Virus record (IMG/VR): IMGVR_UViG_3300011008_000009
Location: 1 to 64,000 of that record
DNA: 64,000 nt
From: a virus
Strand: one strand, 5' to 3'
Positions 16,821 to 28,044 of the stretch are shown here, in pieces. Below the pieces are notes generated by a model that saw only the letters and a list, made by a program, of their open reading frames with translations, had not been told where the DNA came from and searched no databases. The position numbers were made by a program, and so were the translations under genes. Positions within the stretch are counted from its first letter, which is position 1; every line of letters begins with the position of its first letter.

Positions 16821-18425
16821 ATGGGAAATATATTTAATAATGAATTGCTGCAATCTTCTTTTAATATTGCTTATAAAGAAAATTGGTTACAATCAAATTA
16901 TTTTGTACATAAATTAAAAAGTCCCTATGATACCAACAATATTGTTCAAAATGATAAAAAAGAATTGTTTGAAAAAATAAATAGTAATATTGATAAATTA
17001 AAAGCTGAAAATAATGCTCAAGAATGGAAGGTTAGAAAAATTAAACAAGAAGCCTTGATGCGAGCAATATTAAATAATAATACTTTATCTGGAATAGATT
17101 TAATTAGACAATTTAATCAGGCTTATTTAAATTATTTGAAAGAAAGTACAGTTTTATTTGATGAAAATGGTTATTACAATATATATGTTCAAGAAGTTTT
17201 AAGAAAAGAATTGGTTCTGTTTTATAAAAGTATTGATGACAATTATAAAAGTTATCAGTTTACTCAACAGGTTTCAGGTTCTTTAATTGAATTTTTTGAA
17301 AAAGAAAAATTAAAAAAAACGTCAATAGACTATTTTACAAATAGAATCGCTACTTTAAAGAAAAATATTAAAAATCTTGAAGAGAAAGAAAAATTATTAA
17401 AATATGAACGAATGGATTATTATGATAATCTTTCTCGATTAGAGGCTTGTCAAAGATTTAGTAATATTTTGTCACATAATGAAAAGTTTATTATAGAAAA
17501 TATTTTTATAGATGCTGGGAGAAAGCATAAAAACAAATTAAGTGGACAAGAAGCGGGTAGAGAATCCGAAAAATTATTCGAAGAGTTTGCTGGTGATTTT
17601 ATTCAGAAACAATTGGGTAATATTACTATTAAACAAACAGGTGCTGGACAAATGAGAATTGAAGCTTCAGAAAGTTTAAGTCAACAGTCTGAAGTTTATA
17701 CAATAAAAACAGATGTAGAATTAGAATTAGATTCTAGTATAATAAATAAAACTTTAAATCAGGTTGAGATAGATATCATTAATAAAATTAAAGAAGATAA
17801 TTCTTTTAAAAAAGATAAAATAAAATTTAATTTTAGCTTAAAAAATTATAAAACTGATACTAATTTTGATATCAGTGCTCAATCTAATAATAATATTACA
17901 AGTTTTTTGAATATCTTAATTAAAAACACAAAAAATAGAAATACCTTATCTTTTTTAAAAGATAAACATAATATAGAAAATTTACAATATTTTATTTTAA
18001 ATGATTTAGTAGACCACAGAAGTCAAAAAACAATAGAAGAATTTAAGAATCAATGTAAAGAGATAGGAATTAATGTATTATTAGCTTTAGATTCCGAAAG
18101 CGATGAAGTAGATTTTTTGGTTTTTAACCAAAGATTAATTCCTTCTTATTATTTATTAGAAAGCATAGAAAAAGAAAGGAAAAGATTAGAAAACTCAGCT
18201 TATAATCTTTTCTCAATACATATGAAAAAAGTACAACCTGTTGCTGTTATAGATAAAAAAAGAAGTGATAAAACTAATTTTTTAAAAGGATATTATTCTA
18301 AAAATTATTTAGAAAGTCATAAAGAGTATGGAGAAAAAATATATAACAGTATTTATATTAATACTAAAATAGATAAAAAATTTATTTTAAATATAATAAA
18401 AGAAATTACAGAAAAAGTAAATTAA
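16821..18425 (+). CDS. Asn/Lys-rich hypothetical protein in a low-G+C island (534 aa)
   Basis: By eye roughly low-20s % G+C against high-30s for both flanks. Sits between a terminator and the tape-measure gene. Possible nuclease-like G..SE ... TDVELEL ... FSLK spacing, which is weak. Confidence 0.7.
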   Translation: MGNIFNNELLQSSFNIAYKENWLQSNYFVHKLKSPYDTNNIVQNDKKELFEKINSNIDKLKAENNAQEWKVRKIKQEALMRAILNNNTLSGIDLIRQFNQAYLNYLKESTVLFDENGYYNIYVQEVLRKELVLFYKSIDDNYKSYQFTQQVSGSLIEFFEKEKLKKTSIDYFTNRIATLKKNIKNLEEKEKLLKYERMDYYDNLSRLEACQRFSNILSHNEKFIIENIFIDAGRKHKNKLSGQEAGRESEKLFEEFAGDFIQKQLGNITIKQTGAGQMRIEASESLSQQSEVYTIKTDVELELDSSIINKTLNQVEIDIINKIKEDNSFKKDKIKFNFSLKNYKTDTNFDISAQSNNNITSFLNILIKNTKNRNTLSFLKDKHNIENLQYFILNDLVDHRSQKTIEEFKNQCKEIGINVLLALDSESDEVDFLVFNQRLIPSYYLLESIEKERKRLENSAYNLFSIHMKKVQPVAVIDKKRSDKTNFLKGYYSKNYLESHKEYGEKIYNSIYINTKIDKKFILNIIKEITEKVN

Positions 18426-18436
18426 GGAGGTAAGTA

Positions 18437-21400
18437 ATGGCTAAAGAACGTGTAATACGCATAAGCACAGAACTTGACACATCAGGTATGCTTTCGGGCA
18501 TTAACCAAATGCGTCAGATGCTTGGTAATATAAATGTTGATTCTAATTTATTTAAAGATGTCAATAAAGATTTAGACAAAATCACTAAAGACATCCTAGA
18601 AGTCAAAAACTCTTTAAAAAATGGTATTCCCGAAAAAGGAGTTACTTCTTTTTTAAATAAAATAGAAAACATTAATAAAGTTTATAGCGCTCTACCCGAT
18701 AAAATAAAGCAGGTACAAATTAATACCCAAAACATTCGTTTTTCTAATCAAACTATTCAGCAATTAGAAACTTTAGACCAACAAATAATTAAATTAGGCG
18801 AAGATGCGAAAAAAGCTATAGGTGAAGATTTAAAAACTTCTTTAAGAAACGCTGTACCTAAAAATATAATTTCCGATGCGACATTAAAAACTTTAACAGA
18901 AGCTACTGATAAAACAAAGGCTTTTTCCGATTATTTTGACCAGATGGCAGATAATGCAGAAGCCGCGAAAGCTAAAGTAGCTAGTTCAATTAAAGATATT
19001 GCTAATACCATTGTAAAGAATACCGATGCAAACGCGACTCAAAAGCGCGCTGCTTTCTCGCAATTTGGTACTGCAGCTATGAATGCTTTACAAGGCGGCG
19101 CGATGGTAAATGTTGACGCCAAAGCTATGGCTCAAAATGCAGCAAATATTGGTGCGACAAAAAAGCAGTATGAGGCTTTAAAAAAGGCTATAATAGATTA
19201 TCAAGATGCTTTACAAAGCTCTAACAACGTATTAGCTCAAAGACAAGCTATACTTGATATTATAAGTAAAGCTGAGTCTGATGCAACCCAAATGGCTACC
19301 CAGGCGGCTAATTTAACCGTTCAAAGAGAGCAAACTGTTACTAATGCTATTAAGAACGAACAACAAGCTCAACAGCAAGCGGGTCAGGCGGCAGAAGCGA
19401 ATGGAAAAAAGACAGCCAATGCGTTAAATCAAGTTAGTGATAGCGCGCAAAAGGCTACTGCACATTTACAGAGACAAGACTCTCTTCTTAAGCAATTGGC
19501 TACTAGAGCCGCTTCTTTAATAGGTATTGGTGCTGTATTCAATTATATCACTCGTGGAATACGTGATGCTTGGAATAGTATTAAGGAGTTAGATAAGGAA
19601 TTTACTGCTATTGCAGTTGTTACTGATAAGACCACTTCTCAACTTTGGCAATCTTTTAATACCTATGCACAAATGGCTCAAGGTCTTGGTGTTGCCACTA
19701 AAGATGCAGTTGCAACTTCTGCTCTTTACTATCAACAGGGTCTAAAAACGGCAGATGTCATGACTCTTACTGCTGAGACCATTAAAATGGCGCAGATTGC
19801 TGGAATGGACTTCAAAACGGCAACTGACCAAATGACAGCAGCTCTTCGTGGTTATAATCTCGAAATGAGTCAGGCTAATATGGTTAATGATATATTCTCG
19901 ACATTAGCCGCTAACGCCGCAGTAGATACTAAGGAACTCTCTTATGCATTAACAAAAACTGCATCTATCGCAGAAAGCGCAGGTATGAGTATTGATACAA
20001 CCTCTGCTTTCTTAGCCAAGATGATTGAAACCACTCGTGAAGCGCCTGAGAATATCGGTACTGCGATGAAATCAATCGTTGCAAGATTTGAGGAATTAAA
20101 GAAAAATCCTTTAGCATTAAGTGTTGATGTAGAGGGCGAAGAGGTCGTAGCAAACAAGGTTGAAGCTGCGATTGCACTTGCCGGAGTTAAACTTCGTGAT
20201 GAAACTACTGGACAGTTTCGTAATTTGGACGATGTATTCCTGGAGCTTGCTAAATCTTGGGATAACCTAGATAGAAATACACAAAGATATATTGCTACTA
20301 TTGCAGCCGGTTCTAGACAACAGTCTCGTTTTATCGCCTTAATGGACGGATATGACAGAACGTTAGAATTAGTTGAGTTAGCTCAAGATAGTGAAGGACA
20401 AAGCGCCGCGCAATTCTTAAAGACATTAGATAGCTTAGATGGTAAGATAAATAAAATTACTAACTCTCTTGAAAGTTTGTATCAGAAATTCGTCAATTCT
20501 GATTTCTTTGGTGGATTACTTGATGGATTGAACGGTTTGCTGCAAGACTTCGGAGATTGGGATGCCGGTACATTAGCAGCCTTTGCTACCGCTGGAGTGG
20601 TGCTGGGTAATAACTTAATAAATGGTATTAGAACAAGTATTAAACAAACGCCTGATTTGTTTAATCAGTTAGTTGACGCTAAGAAATTGCGAGCATTAGG
20701 TGTGCAACGCACAGCAGAGAATAATAAATATAACACAGAATTACAAAAGTACAATGAAGCTACTACTAATTATTCTGCTGCGACAGCGAGAGAACAGCTT
20801 GCTAGAAAAGATTATGAACAATACTTAAGTCAAGGAAAAGGTAAAAAATATAATATACAAACAGTAGACAGTATTATAGAGTTAAAAAAGGTAAAAAAAG
20901 AAATTATAGAATTAGAAAATAGAATTAAAGACCCAGATAAGTATAATATAGATATTACTCAAGCCACTTCTAACTTAAATACTTTACAAGCACAAGCCGA
21001 TGCTCTTGAAAACGAAATTAAAAGTAAAATTCCAAGTCCTGCTATTTTAAATAGTGTTACTGGTAGTTCGCGTTTTCAGGATTATGAACAAGCTAAAGAA
21101 AATACTCAAAATGCTCAAGATGCAATGAAAGCAGCACAAGATGCATTGGTTGAAGCTGAAAAAGCTAAAGATGAAATTAATTCTACCTATGACGAAATGG
21201 AAGGCGAGGTAAATAAAAAAGCAGAAGAGCTTAAAGTTACTGCAGGCCAGGCTTTCCAAAATGCCGGCATGGCTTTGGTTAGTTCTTTAACTATAGGCAT
21301 CTCTATGGCTTTAGAGCAAGATAATCCTTGGGCAGCAATAGCTACTAGCACTTCTACTTTTCTTTTACAAATGTTACCTACCTTAATTCAGCAGGGTACT

Positions 21401-24400
21401 GCCGTAGCAGCCGCGGGAGCTAAGAGTTTTAAGGAGATAGTTACTGCTGCAGGCGGCTGGGTGACTTTGACAATAGAACTTGTTGCATTAGCTATATCAT
21501 TTTTTGGTCCACTTATTGCCAATTTAGTTAAGAACATAAAGAGCGAGTCAGAGAAGTTACAAGATGAACTTGACAAACTTCAAGATGCGCAAAAGCAATT
21601 ACAGGAAAATTCTGAAAGATTAACAGCAGAAGCGGCGGTAGAAAAGACTAAATATAAAAACATTCAAAAACTAACAAAAAATTACGATGAATTAATTAAT
21701 AAAACAGGTCGTACAACTGAAGAAAATGAAAAACTTAATAAAACAATAGAAGAATTAGCTACTGATTTCCCAGATTTAGTTGATTATTATGATGAAGCTG
21801 GTAATGCCGTATTAAAACAACGTAAAGAATGGGAAACTATAATTGATTTACAGAAGCAAAGCGCCCAAGAAGCAGCCCAATCAGCATTAGGAGCTAAAAT
21901 AGCTACTGATTTAAACCAAATACAGATTAGCAAACTCAATACTCAATTAACTGGAGCAAGAGCACAAGAGAAGATATCTCAAAATTATACTTGGCAAAAG
22001 TCTGGTGTAAATAGTGACGACTATCTTAAGGCATTTAGCCAATATGGTCCAGTATTTGGTGGAATGGCTCTACAAGGTACAGCAATGTACAACGGCATAA
22101 GATATCTGTCTGATGCCTGGGTTAATCTTCAGAAAACTTCACAAATACAAGATATATCAAATATAGATTTTAATAATCAGGATGAAGTTAAAAAACTTAG
22201 ACAACGATTAGCAAATATTGAAGCTGAGAATATTGGTTATCTTACTGATAGCGATTCTTACAAAGAATTATTAGCGTTACCTAGTACTCAATTATTAAAA
22301 ACTACCGAAGATTTAAAGAAATGGGCAAACTCTTTAAGTTCTGATAATACCCTTAAAGCTCAGCTACTAGAAGATATCGAAAAGAACCCTCAAACTGTTT
22401 TAACTTATTATCAAAATATTTTTAAGCAGATAGATGATCAAGTAAATGCCTTAAATACCGACTATATTAGTGAAGAAACCAAAAAAGCTATTGAACAAAC
22501 TAAAAAAGATTTACAAAATTATTTTATTAGTTATATTCAAACATTTAAACCAGAAGAAACCGAAGGATATACCGAAAAAGGTTTGCAGTTCTTTGGACAA
22601 GTTTATGGTAGTCAGCAGTCAAAAAATGTTAATCAAACTTTTGGCAGCTATATGGCAAGTAAAAAGGGAAATATTATAGGTCATGACAATACTGCCTCTA
22701 GAATTATTGAAGAGTTATACCTAGAACAAACTGGAAAAGTAGCTCTAGATAAAGAATTAAAAGATGTCATAGACACACTTCCTACTACTTTCGATTGGAC
22801 AAATTTTGATCAACGAAAAGATTTTACTTTACCTCAGATAAATGCAATGGCTCAAATTCTAGGAGAATTGCAATCTATTGATCAGCAGAAAAATGCCGAA
22901 GATTTTGCAGAAATGCTACCTCAAATTAAAGACCTTGCCGATAAAGGGGTATTAGATCAGCAAATACTAGATGTTATAAACTCCGGTGATTGGGGAGCTT
23001 ATGGTACAACCATACTTCAATCATTAGCTCAGGGATTCCGCGAAGCAATGGGAGAAGAAGGTTCGGGTTTTGCTAATACTTTTGATGAAATGGTATCAAA
23101 ACAAATTGATCAATTAAAGCAGATGCAACCCGCTTTTGCCGAAATAGGTAGACAGTATGGTACTGATTTTGCACAAGCATTAATAGATGCAGGAGCTTCG
23201 CCTGAACAAGCGGGTAAATTAGTTAATTCGCTTAAAAATAATCTAGATGTCTCTCAAATGTCTAGTATATTCTCAATGGTTACTGCTGATAGTTTTGATT
23301 GGGGTAGTATTGATCAATTGAAAAAATTAGGCGTGCAGTTCATGGATATGGGAATGAGCGCAGAAGAAGCAACTGATACAGTTTGGGAATTAAGAAACGC
23401 GTTAACCGATCCTATTAACTTAACCATAAATGCTGATAAAGCTATTGAAGATGTAACTAAGGTAGCTAATAGTTTGACAGATTTAAAGAAAGGTTTAAAA
23501 GATTTAAATGCAGCAGTTCAAGAATATAATGAAAACGGTAGATTAAGTGGTGAAACAATATTAGATTTAGTAGCTAATGGACAATTAATGTATCTTAGTT
23601 ATGATGAACAAACTAAAGCTATTACCATTAATAAAAATGCAATGGTTGATTATTACAATGCTCAAGTTGCTCAAGCTAAATTAGAAATACAACTTAAAAA
23701 ACAAGAAGCTGAACGTTCTGTTGCTGCTTTAAAGGTTAGACAAAAAAGTTTAGAACTCCAAAGAAATTTATTAAAGACTGCTTTAGAGAATGAAGGAAAA
23801 TTAACTGAGGAACAATATAAAGCATTAACAACCTTAAACAACACTTATGATGAAGTAACTTTAACAGATACTAGTAACTTTTTAGGTGATTTAATTGATA
23901 GCTACGCAGAGGCTTTAAAAGAAATGCGCGACCTTGCGGCTCAAGGTGGAGTAGCAATTCATGATGCTTTTATGAGTGGCATAACGGGTGGTTCAGAGAA
24001 TGTTACCATTCCTTCCATAGACTCTAACAAAGCTGCATTAAATGACATATTAAATAATGCTAAGAAAAGATATTTACCTTCTAATGTTCCTGATAGTAAA
24101 TACGTATATCAATTAGATCCAAAAGCTGCTGCTGCGCAGCTCGAATTAGTAGAAAAAGAACTTGCTGGTTCGGAGAAGATAATTGCTGAGCAAGAAAAAC
24201 TTGTTGGTTTATATTCCGAAGGCGAAAATATACTCGATAACATTACTGGCAGTGGACTTGATAGCTTCATGAATGATACCGCTAAAGCTGCAAGCGAAGC
24301 TAATAAAGAACTTAAAGAATATGTTTCTACTCTTGAAAAGTATTATAACTTATTAAAAGATACCGAACATGCAGAAGAAGACTATGAACGTGCTAAAAAA

Positions 24401-26995
24401 GAATATGAAAGAAATCCTACTACTGAAAATTACCAAAAAATGCAGCAAACTAGAGTAGATTATGGTAAACAGTTGTTAACACAAAAGGCAACCTTTGAAA
24501 AAGAAAGAGACGAAGATGTACAGCGTGGCGAGCAGAGCTTTATTAAGTTTGGATTAACACCGCAAGATGCTAAACAAATAGCTGAATTAACTTCTCGAAA
24601 AGATGTTAACCAAGATGAGTTACGCAACTGGTTAAAAGATCAAGGATATGATCAAGACACCGCAGAAAAATTTGAAAAATTATGGGAAGATTATAAGAAA
24701 GAAATAGAAACTGACAATAGCAATATTAAAGCAGCTGATGATAAACTTTATGAAATTCAAGTAGACCAAGAAAATGATTTAAAGAAAATAGAAGAAGATT
24801 TAAGAAACTTTGATAGATTAAAGAATATAGAACAGGCTTTAAGTCGTCTTGATAAGTTAATGCAAGATGCTGAAAGAGACTTCCAAGACTATTACGAAAG
24901 CGGCGGAAAAGAAGGAATGGATTTACAACAATACCTTCATACTCAGGGCGCCGGAATACAAGAGTTAAATCTAGCCGCAAGTGAAATTTCTAAGGTTAAA
25001 TCAGATATAGTTGCTGAAAACAAACAGTTATTAGATAACTATGCTATTGAAGTGGATGGAGAATGGTATTTAAATCCAGACACAGTCGGTGACTTAGATC
25101 CCAATGGAGAAACTTATAAAGCATTAGAAGGAGTCTTTAATCAGTTAAATAAAATTAAAGATAAAGAAGACGAAATCACAGATAAACAAAGAGATTATGC
25201 AAAAGCTGCTAAGGAAGCATTAAGAGCGGCAAGAAAGTCATATAGCGATTTAGTTATGAAAGCAGCCGATGCTTTGGCTCAACTTGACCAAAAAGCAATA
25301 GACGAAGTAAAGAAAAAGTATGCAATGATACAAGAAGAAGATGAAAAGTATCTGAACTCTTTACAAAAATCCATTGATAAACAGCGTCAGCTCCGTGACC
25401 AAGCTAATTCTTACGACGATTTAGAAAAACAAGAAAAACGTTTAGCTTTACTTGAAAGAGATACTTCTGGCGCCAATGCGGCAGAGATAGCGGCATTAAA
25501 AGAGCAAATTAAAGATGCTCGCCAAAGTCTTGTAGATACTGAACAAGATAATATTGTGAATAATATTTCTGAAGCCAACGACTTAAGAAAGGAAAAAATG
25601 GACGAAGAAACCACTTTCTTACAGAACGTAATGGATGAAAGAACATATGATATGCAATATTATATCGAACGTGCGCAAGATATAGTAAATGCTGCGATAG
25701 ATGGTGATGAAGGAGCTTATAAGCGCTTATTAGAAATTCTTCAAGAAACTGATGAAGCCTATTACAAAGGTACCAAGCAGATGCAGGAAGAGTGGATGGA
25801 GACTACACAAACCAACATAACTACTGCTACTGGTTATGTAACTGCTTTGAAAGATGGTACTGTAAAAATATTAGGCCAAACAACCGAAGAAATAATAAAA
25901 TCTTTATCCACTTTTGCTGGACAGAACATTGGAAAAGTATCAGAAGTGGAAACGAAGGTCAATGAACTAGCTGAAGTTACTAAAAAAATTGACATGACCA
26001 AATGTTTTGAAGACATGAAAACCGCCGTTGAAGAAGCACGCAAAGAATTGAGTGATTTAATTACAACCTTTGATGGTAGTAAAGTTCACACCCAAGTCGA
26101 AATAGAATATAAAGCTACTGGCGATATACCAGGCGAAAATCTTTATCCGGGTGGTACAGATCCTAATGAAGGAAAAAAATGGGTAACTTTTGAGAGCGCA
26201 ACGGGTAAGATTACTGGTATTTATGATTCGGAAGACCAAATGAAGACCAATAAAGCCATAGACTCAGGTGGTTCCGGAATTAGTGGAACAGCAAGAACAG
26301 CGTCTCAAATATCTCAACTGGGAGATAATTTTAAAGTTGGTGGATACTTGTTTGACGGTTCTTTAAAAGATATGAGTAAGAAAGAACCACCTTCTCAACA
26401 AGCACCTTCTTCAACCTCTGTTCAACAAGAATCAAATCTGTCAGAAGTAAGTTTTAATAAATGGTGGGATTGGTGGAATAGTGAAGGTAAAGCAAGTAGA
26501 ATTGCTATTGGTAAAGATGGTAATGTAGAAGGACAAGTAAAAGTTTTGGGTCCTACTGATGCAGACCCTGAAGGAAATTATCATATATTAAATGCTAATT
26601 CTTTAAAAGACGCTATTATGTATTGGGATAACGATAAACTTAAAAAATTAATAAAGTCTGATGGAACACAAGTCTTTAAAAACGGTGGCTTAGTCAAGTA
26701 CACCGGTCCCGCGTGGGTAGACGGTACTCCCTCCACTCCCGAAGCCTTCTTATCTGCCGACGATACTCGTAACTTCCAGGAACTTGCAAAAATACTTCAA
26801 AATGTTCTTAACTTTGACAAAGCTCCAGTCGCTACAACCGAAAAGGATAAGATACAGATAAAATCTGGAGATACCAATATAGAAATCCACATAGAAGTGG
26901 ACAAGATTGATAGCGAAGAGTCCATGGAAGAACTTTGTGAAATGATGGCAGACAAAATACAGCAATCTTATTCTGGTGGTATTAGTCAGCCATGA
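18437..26995 (+). CDS. Tail tape measure protein (2852 aa)
   Basis: TP901-type TMP core (ATKDAVATSALYYQQGLKTADVMTLTAETIKMAQIAGMDFKTATDQMTAALRGYNL...). Hydrophobic segments and extensive coiled coil. Located upstream of Dit and Tal. Confidence 0.9.
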   Translation: MAKERVIRISTELDTSGMLSGINQMRQMLGNINVDSNLFKDVNKDLDKITKDILEVKNSLKNGIPEKGVTSFLNKIENINKVYSALPDKIKQVQINTQNIRFSNQTIQQLETLDQQIIKLGEDAKKAIGEDLKTSLRNAVPKNIISDATLKTLTEATDKTKAFSDYFDQMADNAEAAKAKVASSIKDIANTIVKNTDANATQKRAAFSQFGTAAMNALQGGAMVNVDAKAMAQNAANIGATKKQYEALKKAIIDYQDALQSSNNVLAQRQAILDIISKAESDATQMATQAANLTVQREQTVTNAIKNEQQAQQQAGQAAEANGKKTANALNQVSDSAQKATAHLQRQDSLLKQLATRAASLIGIGAVFNYITRGIRDAWNSIKELDKEFTAIAVVTDKTTSQLWQSFNTYAQMAQGLGVATKDAVATSALYYQQGLKTADVMTLTAETIKMAQIAGMDFKTATDQMTAALRGYNLEMSQANMVNDIFSTLAANAAVDTKELSYALTKTASIAESAGMSIDTTSAFLAKMIETTREAPENIGTAMKSIVARFEELKKNPLALSVDVEGEEVVANKVEAAIALAGVKLRDETTGQFRNLDDVFLELAKSWDNLDRNTQRYIATIAAGSRQQSRFIALMDGYDRTLELVELAQDSEGQSAAQFLKTLDSLDGKINKITNSLESLYQKFVNSDFFGGLLDGLNGLLQDFGDWDAGTLAAFATAGVVLGNNLINGIRTSIKQTPDLFNQLVDAKKLRALGVQRTAENNKYNTELQKYNEATTNYSAATAREQLARKDYEQYLSQGKGKKYNIQTVDSIIELKKVKKEIIELENRIKDPDKYNIDITQATSNLNTLQAQADALENEIKSKIPSPAILNSVTGSSRFQDYEQAKENTQNAQDAMKAAQDALVEAEKAKDEINSTYDEMEGEVNKKAEELKVTAGQAFQNAGMALVSSLTIGISMALEQDNPWAAIATSTSTFLLQMLPTLIQQGTAVAAAGAKSFKEIVTAAGGWVTLTIELVALAISFFGPLIANLVKNIKSESEKLQDELDKLQDAQKQLQENSERLTAEAAVEKTKYKNIQKLTKNYDELINKTGRTTEENEKLNKTIEELATDFPDLVDYYDEAGNAVLKQRKEWETIIDLQKQSAQEAAQSALGAKIATDLNQIQISKLNTQLTGARAQEKISQNYTWQKSGVNSDDYLKAFSQYGPVFGGMALQGTAMYNGIRYLSDAWVNLQKTSQIQDISNIDFNNQDEVKKLRQRLANIEAENIGYLTDSDSYKELLALPSTQLLKTTEDLKKWANSLSSDNTLKAQLLEDIEKNPQTVLTYYQNIFKQIDDQVNALNTDYISEETKKAIEQTKKDLQNYFISYIQTFKPEETEGYTEKGLQFFGQVYGSQQSKNVNQTFGSYMASKKGNIIGHDNTASRIIEELYLEQTGKVALDKELKDVIDTLPTTFDWTNFDQRKDFTLPQINAMAQILGELQSIDQQKNAEDFAEMLPQIKDLADKGVLDQQILDVINSGDWGAYGTTILQSLAQGFREAMGEEGSGFANTFDEMVSKQIDQLKQMQPAFAEIGRQYGTDFAQALIDAGASPEQAGKLVNSLKNNLDVSQMSSIFSMVTADSFDWGSIDQLKKLGVQFMDMGMSAEEATDTVWELRNALTDPINLTINADKAIEDVTKVANSLTDLKKGLKDLNAAVQEYNENGRLSGETILDLVANGQLMYLSYDEQTKAITINKNAMVDYYNAQVAQAKLEIQLKKQEAERSVAALKVRQKSLELQRNLLKTALENEGKLTEEQYKALTTLNNTYDEVTLTDTSNFLGDLIDSYAEALKEMRDLAAQGGVAIHDAFMSGITGGSENVTIPSIDSNKAALNDILNNAKKRYLPSNVPDSKYVYQLDPKAAAAQLELVEKELAGSEKIIAEQEKLVGLYSEGENILDNITGSGLDSFMNDTAKAASEANKELKEYVSTLEKYYNLLKDTEHAEEDYERAKKEYERNPTTENYQKMQQTRVDYGKQLLTQKATFEKERDEDVQRGEQSFIKFGLTPQDAKQIAELTSRKDVNQDELRNWLKDQGYDQDTAEKFEKLWEDYKKEIETDNSNIKAADDKLYEIQVDQENDLKKIEEDLRNFDRLKNIEQALSRLDKLMQDAERDFQDYYESGGKEGMDLQQYLHTQGAGIQELNLAASEISKVKSDIVAENKQLLDNYAIEVDGEWYLNPDTVGDLDPNGETYKALEGVFNQLNKIKDKEDEITDKQRDYAKAAKEALRAARKSYSDLVMKAADALAQLDQKAIDEVKKKYAMIQEEDEKYLNSLQKSIDKQRQLRDQANSYDDLEKQEKRLALLERDTSGANAAEIAALKEQIKDARQSLVDTEQDNIVNNISEANDLRKEKMDEETTFLQNVMDERTYDMQYYIERAQDIVNAAIDGDEGAYKRLLEILQETDEAYYKGTKQMQEEWMETTQTNITTATGYVTALKDGTVKILGQTTEEIIKSLSTFAGQNIGKVSEVETKVNELAEVTKKIDMTKCFEDMKTAVEEARKELSDLITTFDGSKVHTQVEIEYKATGDIPGENLYPGGTDPNEGKKWVTFESATGKITGIYDSEDQMKTNKAIDSGGSGISGTARTASQISQLGDNFKVGGYLFDGSLKDMSKKEPPSQQAPSSTSVQQESNLSEVSFNKWWDWWNSEGKASRIAIGKDGNVEGQVKVLGPTDADPEGNYHILNANSLKDAIMYWDNDKLKKLIKSDGTQVFKNGGLVKYTGPAWVDGTPSTPEAFLSADDTRNFQELAKILQNVLNFDKAPVATTEKDKIQIKSGDTNIEIHIEVDKIDSEESMEELCEMMADKIQQSYSGGISQP

Positions 26996-27016
26996 CCGAG
27001 TTAAAGGAGGAACATT

Positions 27017-28033
27017 ATGGGTATAGCTTTAGATGAAGTTAGAGAAAAAATACCGGTTAATATTGATTATGTGGGCTTTACTTTTAATGGCATTCATTCC
27101 TCTCAATTAAATATTTTAAGTGTTAGTAATGGTAGCAGGTACACTATGAACCTGCTACCTACTATTGAAGATTATTCTATTGATATTGTGGGTGGAATTG
27201 GTTCTAATTATTTTGGAGGAACTTTTAAGAAGAAAGAGTTCTCACTAAATATTGCCTTCGATAACGTAGAAGAACTTCAATTGCGCGCGATGCAAGAATT
27301 ATTTTCTGAGCGAGAGGTACATGAATTATATTTTGATGAAGCTCCTTATAAAGTATATAATGCTGTAATATCTAAAACACCTACAATTACCTACATAGCT
27401 TTTGGTGATGTGGGTACTAGAGTTTATAAGGGTGAGGGTACTATTGTATTTACTTGTTACGATCCAATAGCTTATAGCAAAAATGGAAATTATTTAGATG
27501 ATTACGATAACGAAAATATAGAAGAATGGTCAGTAGCGAGTGGAATGTTAGATAATAAGTATAAGGTTGTTAATGGAGTTAGAACATTATATTACGATAC
27601 TCCTATTTCTATTACTGACGGATTTACTATTCGCGCATACAATGCTGGATTAATAGAAGTGCCATTTAGAATGTACTTACACTGGAGTACCGGCGCCGAC
27701 ACCTTAACTTTAGTGAATGGTTCTACACAAAAGGCGCTTGTATTAAAAAGAACAGCTACAACCGATTATCCTATACTTATTGATACAGAACGTAGTTTAG
27801 TTATTGAATTAAAACAAATCAATACAGGTACAGAAGCAGAACCGGATTATGAATGGTCACACACAAGAGAAGAGACGAATGTATTAAATCAACTAGTATC
27901 TGACGGTAGATTTTTTACATTACAGCCTGGAGAGAATACTTTGGTAGTAACTGGCGCGACACTACAGCCAGGTTCAGAGTTGTTAGTTCCAACAACCGAC
28001 AACGGTATGATTTATTACCATAGGTATTTATAA
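27017..28033 (+). CDS. Distal tail protein (Dit-like)
   Basis: 338 aa immediately after the TMP and before the Tal-like gene. Call rests on position and size. Confidence 0.6.
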   Translation: MGIALDEVREKIPVNIDYVGFTFNGIHSSQLNILSVSNGSRYTMNLLPTIEDYSIDIVGGIGSNYFGGTFKKKEFSLNIAFDNVEELQLRAMQELFSEREVHELYFDEAPYKVYNAVISKTPTITYIAFGDVGTRVYKGEGTIVFTCYDPIAYSKNGNYLDDYDNENIEEWSVASGMLDNKYKVVNGVRTLYYDTPISITDGFTIRAYNAGLIEVPFRMYLHWSTGADTLTLVNGSTQKALVLKRTATTDYPILIDTERSLVIELKQINTGTEAEPDYEWSHTREETNVLNQLVSDGRFFTLQPGENTLVVTGATLQPGSELLVPTTDNGMIYYHRYL

Positions 28034-28044
28034 GAGGTGAGATA

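Noticed and set aside
15989-18436. Search for a tail-assembly-chaperone pair with a -1 frameshift upstream of the tape measure
   Set aside because: I found no short overlapping ORF pair or convincing slippery heptamer with an extended alternate frame. The slot is occupied by a tube-like paralog and the A/T-rich ORF, so I make no chaperone call.
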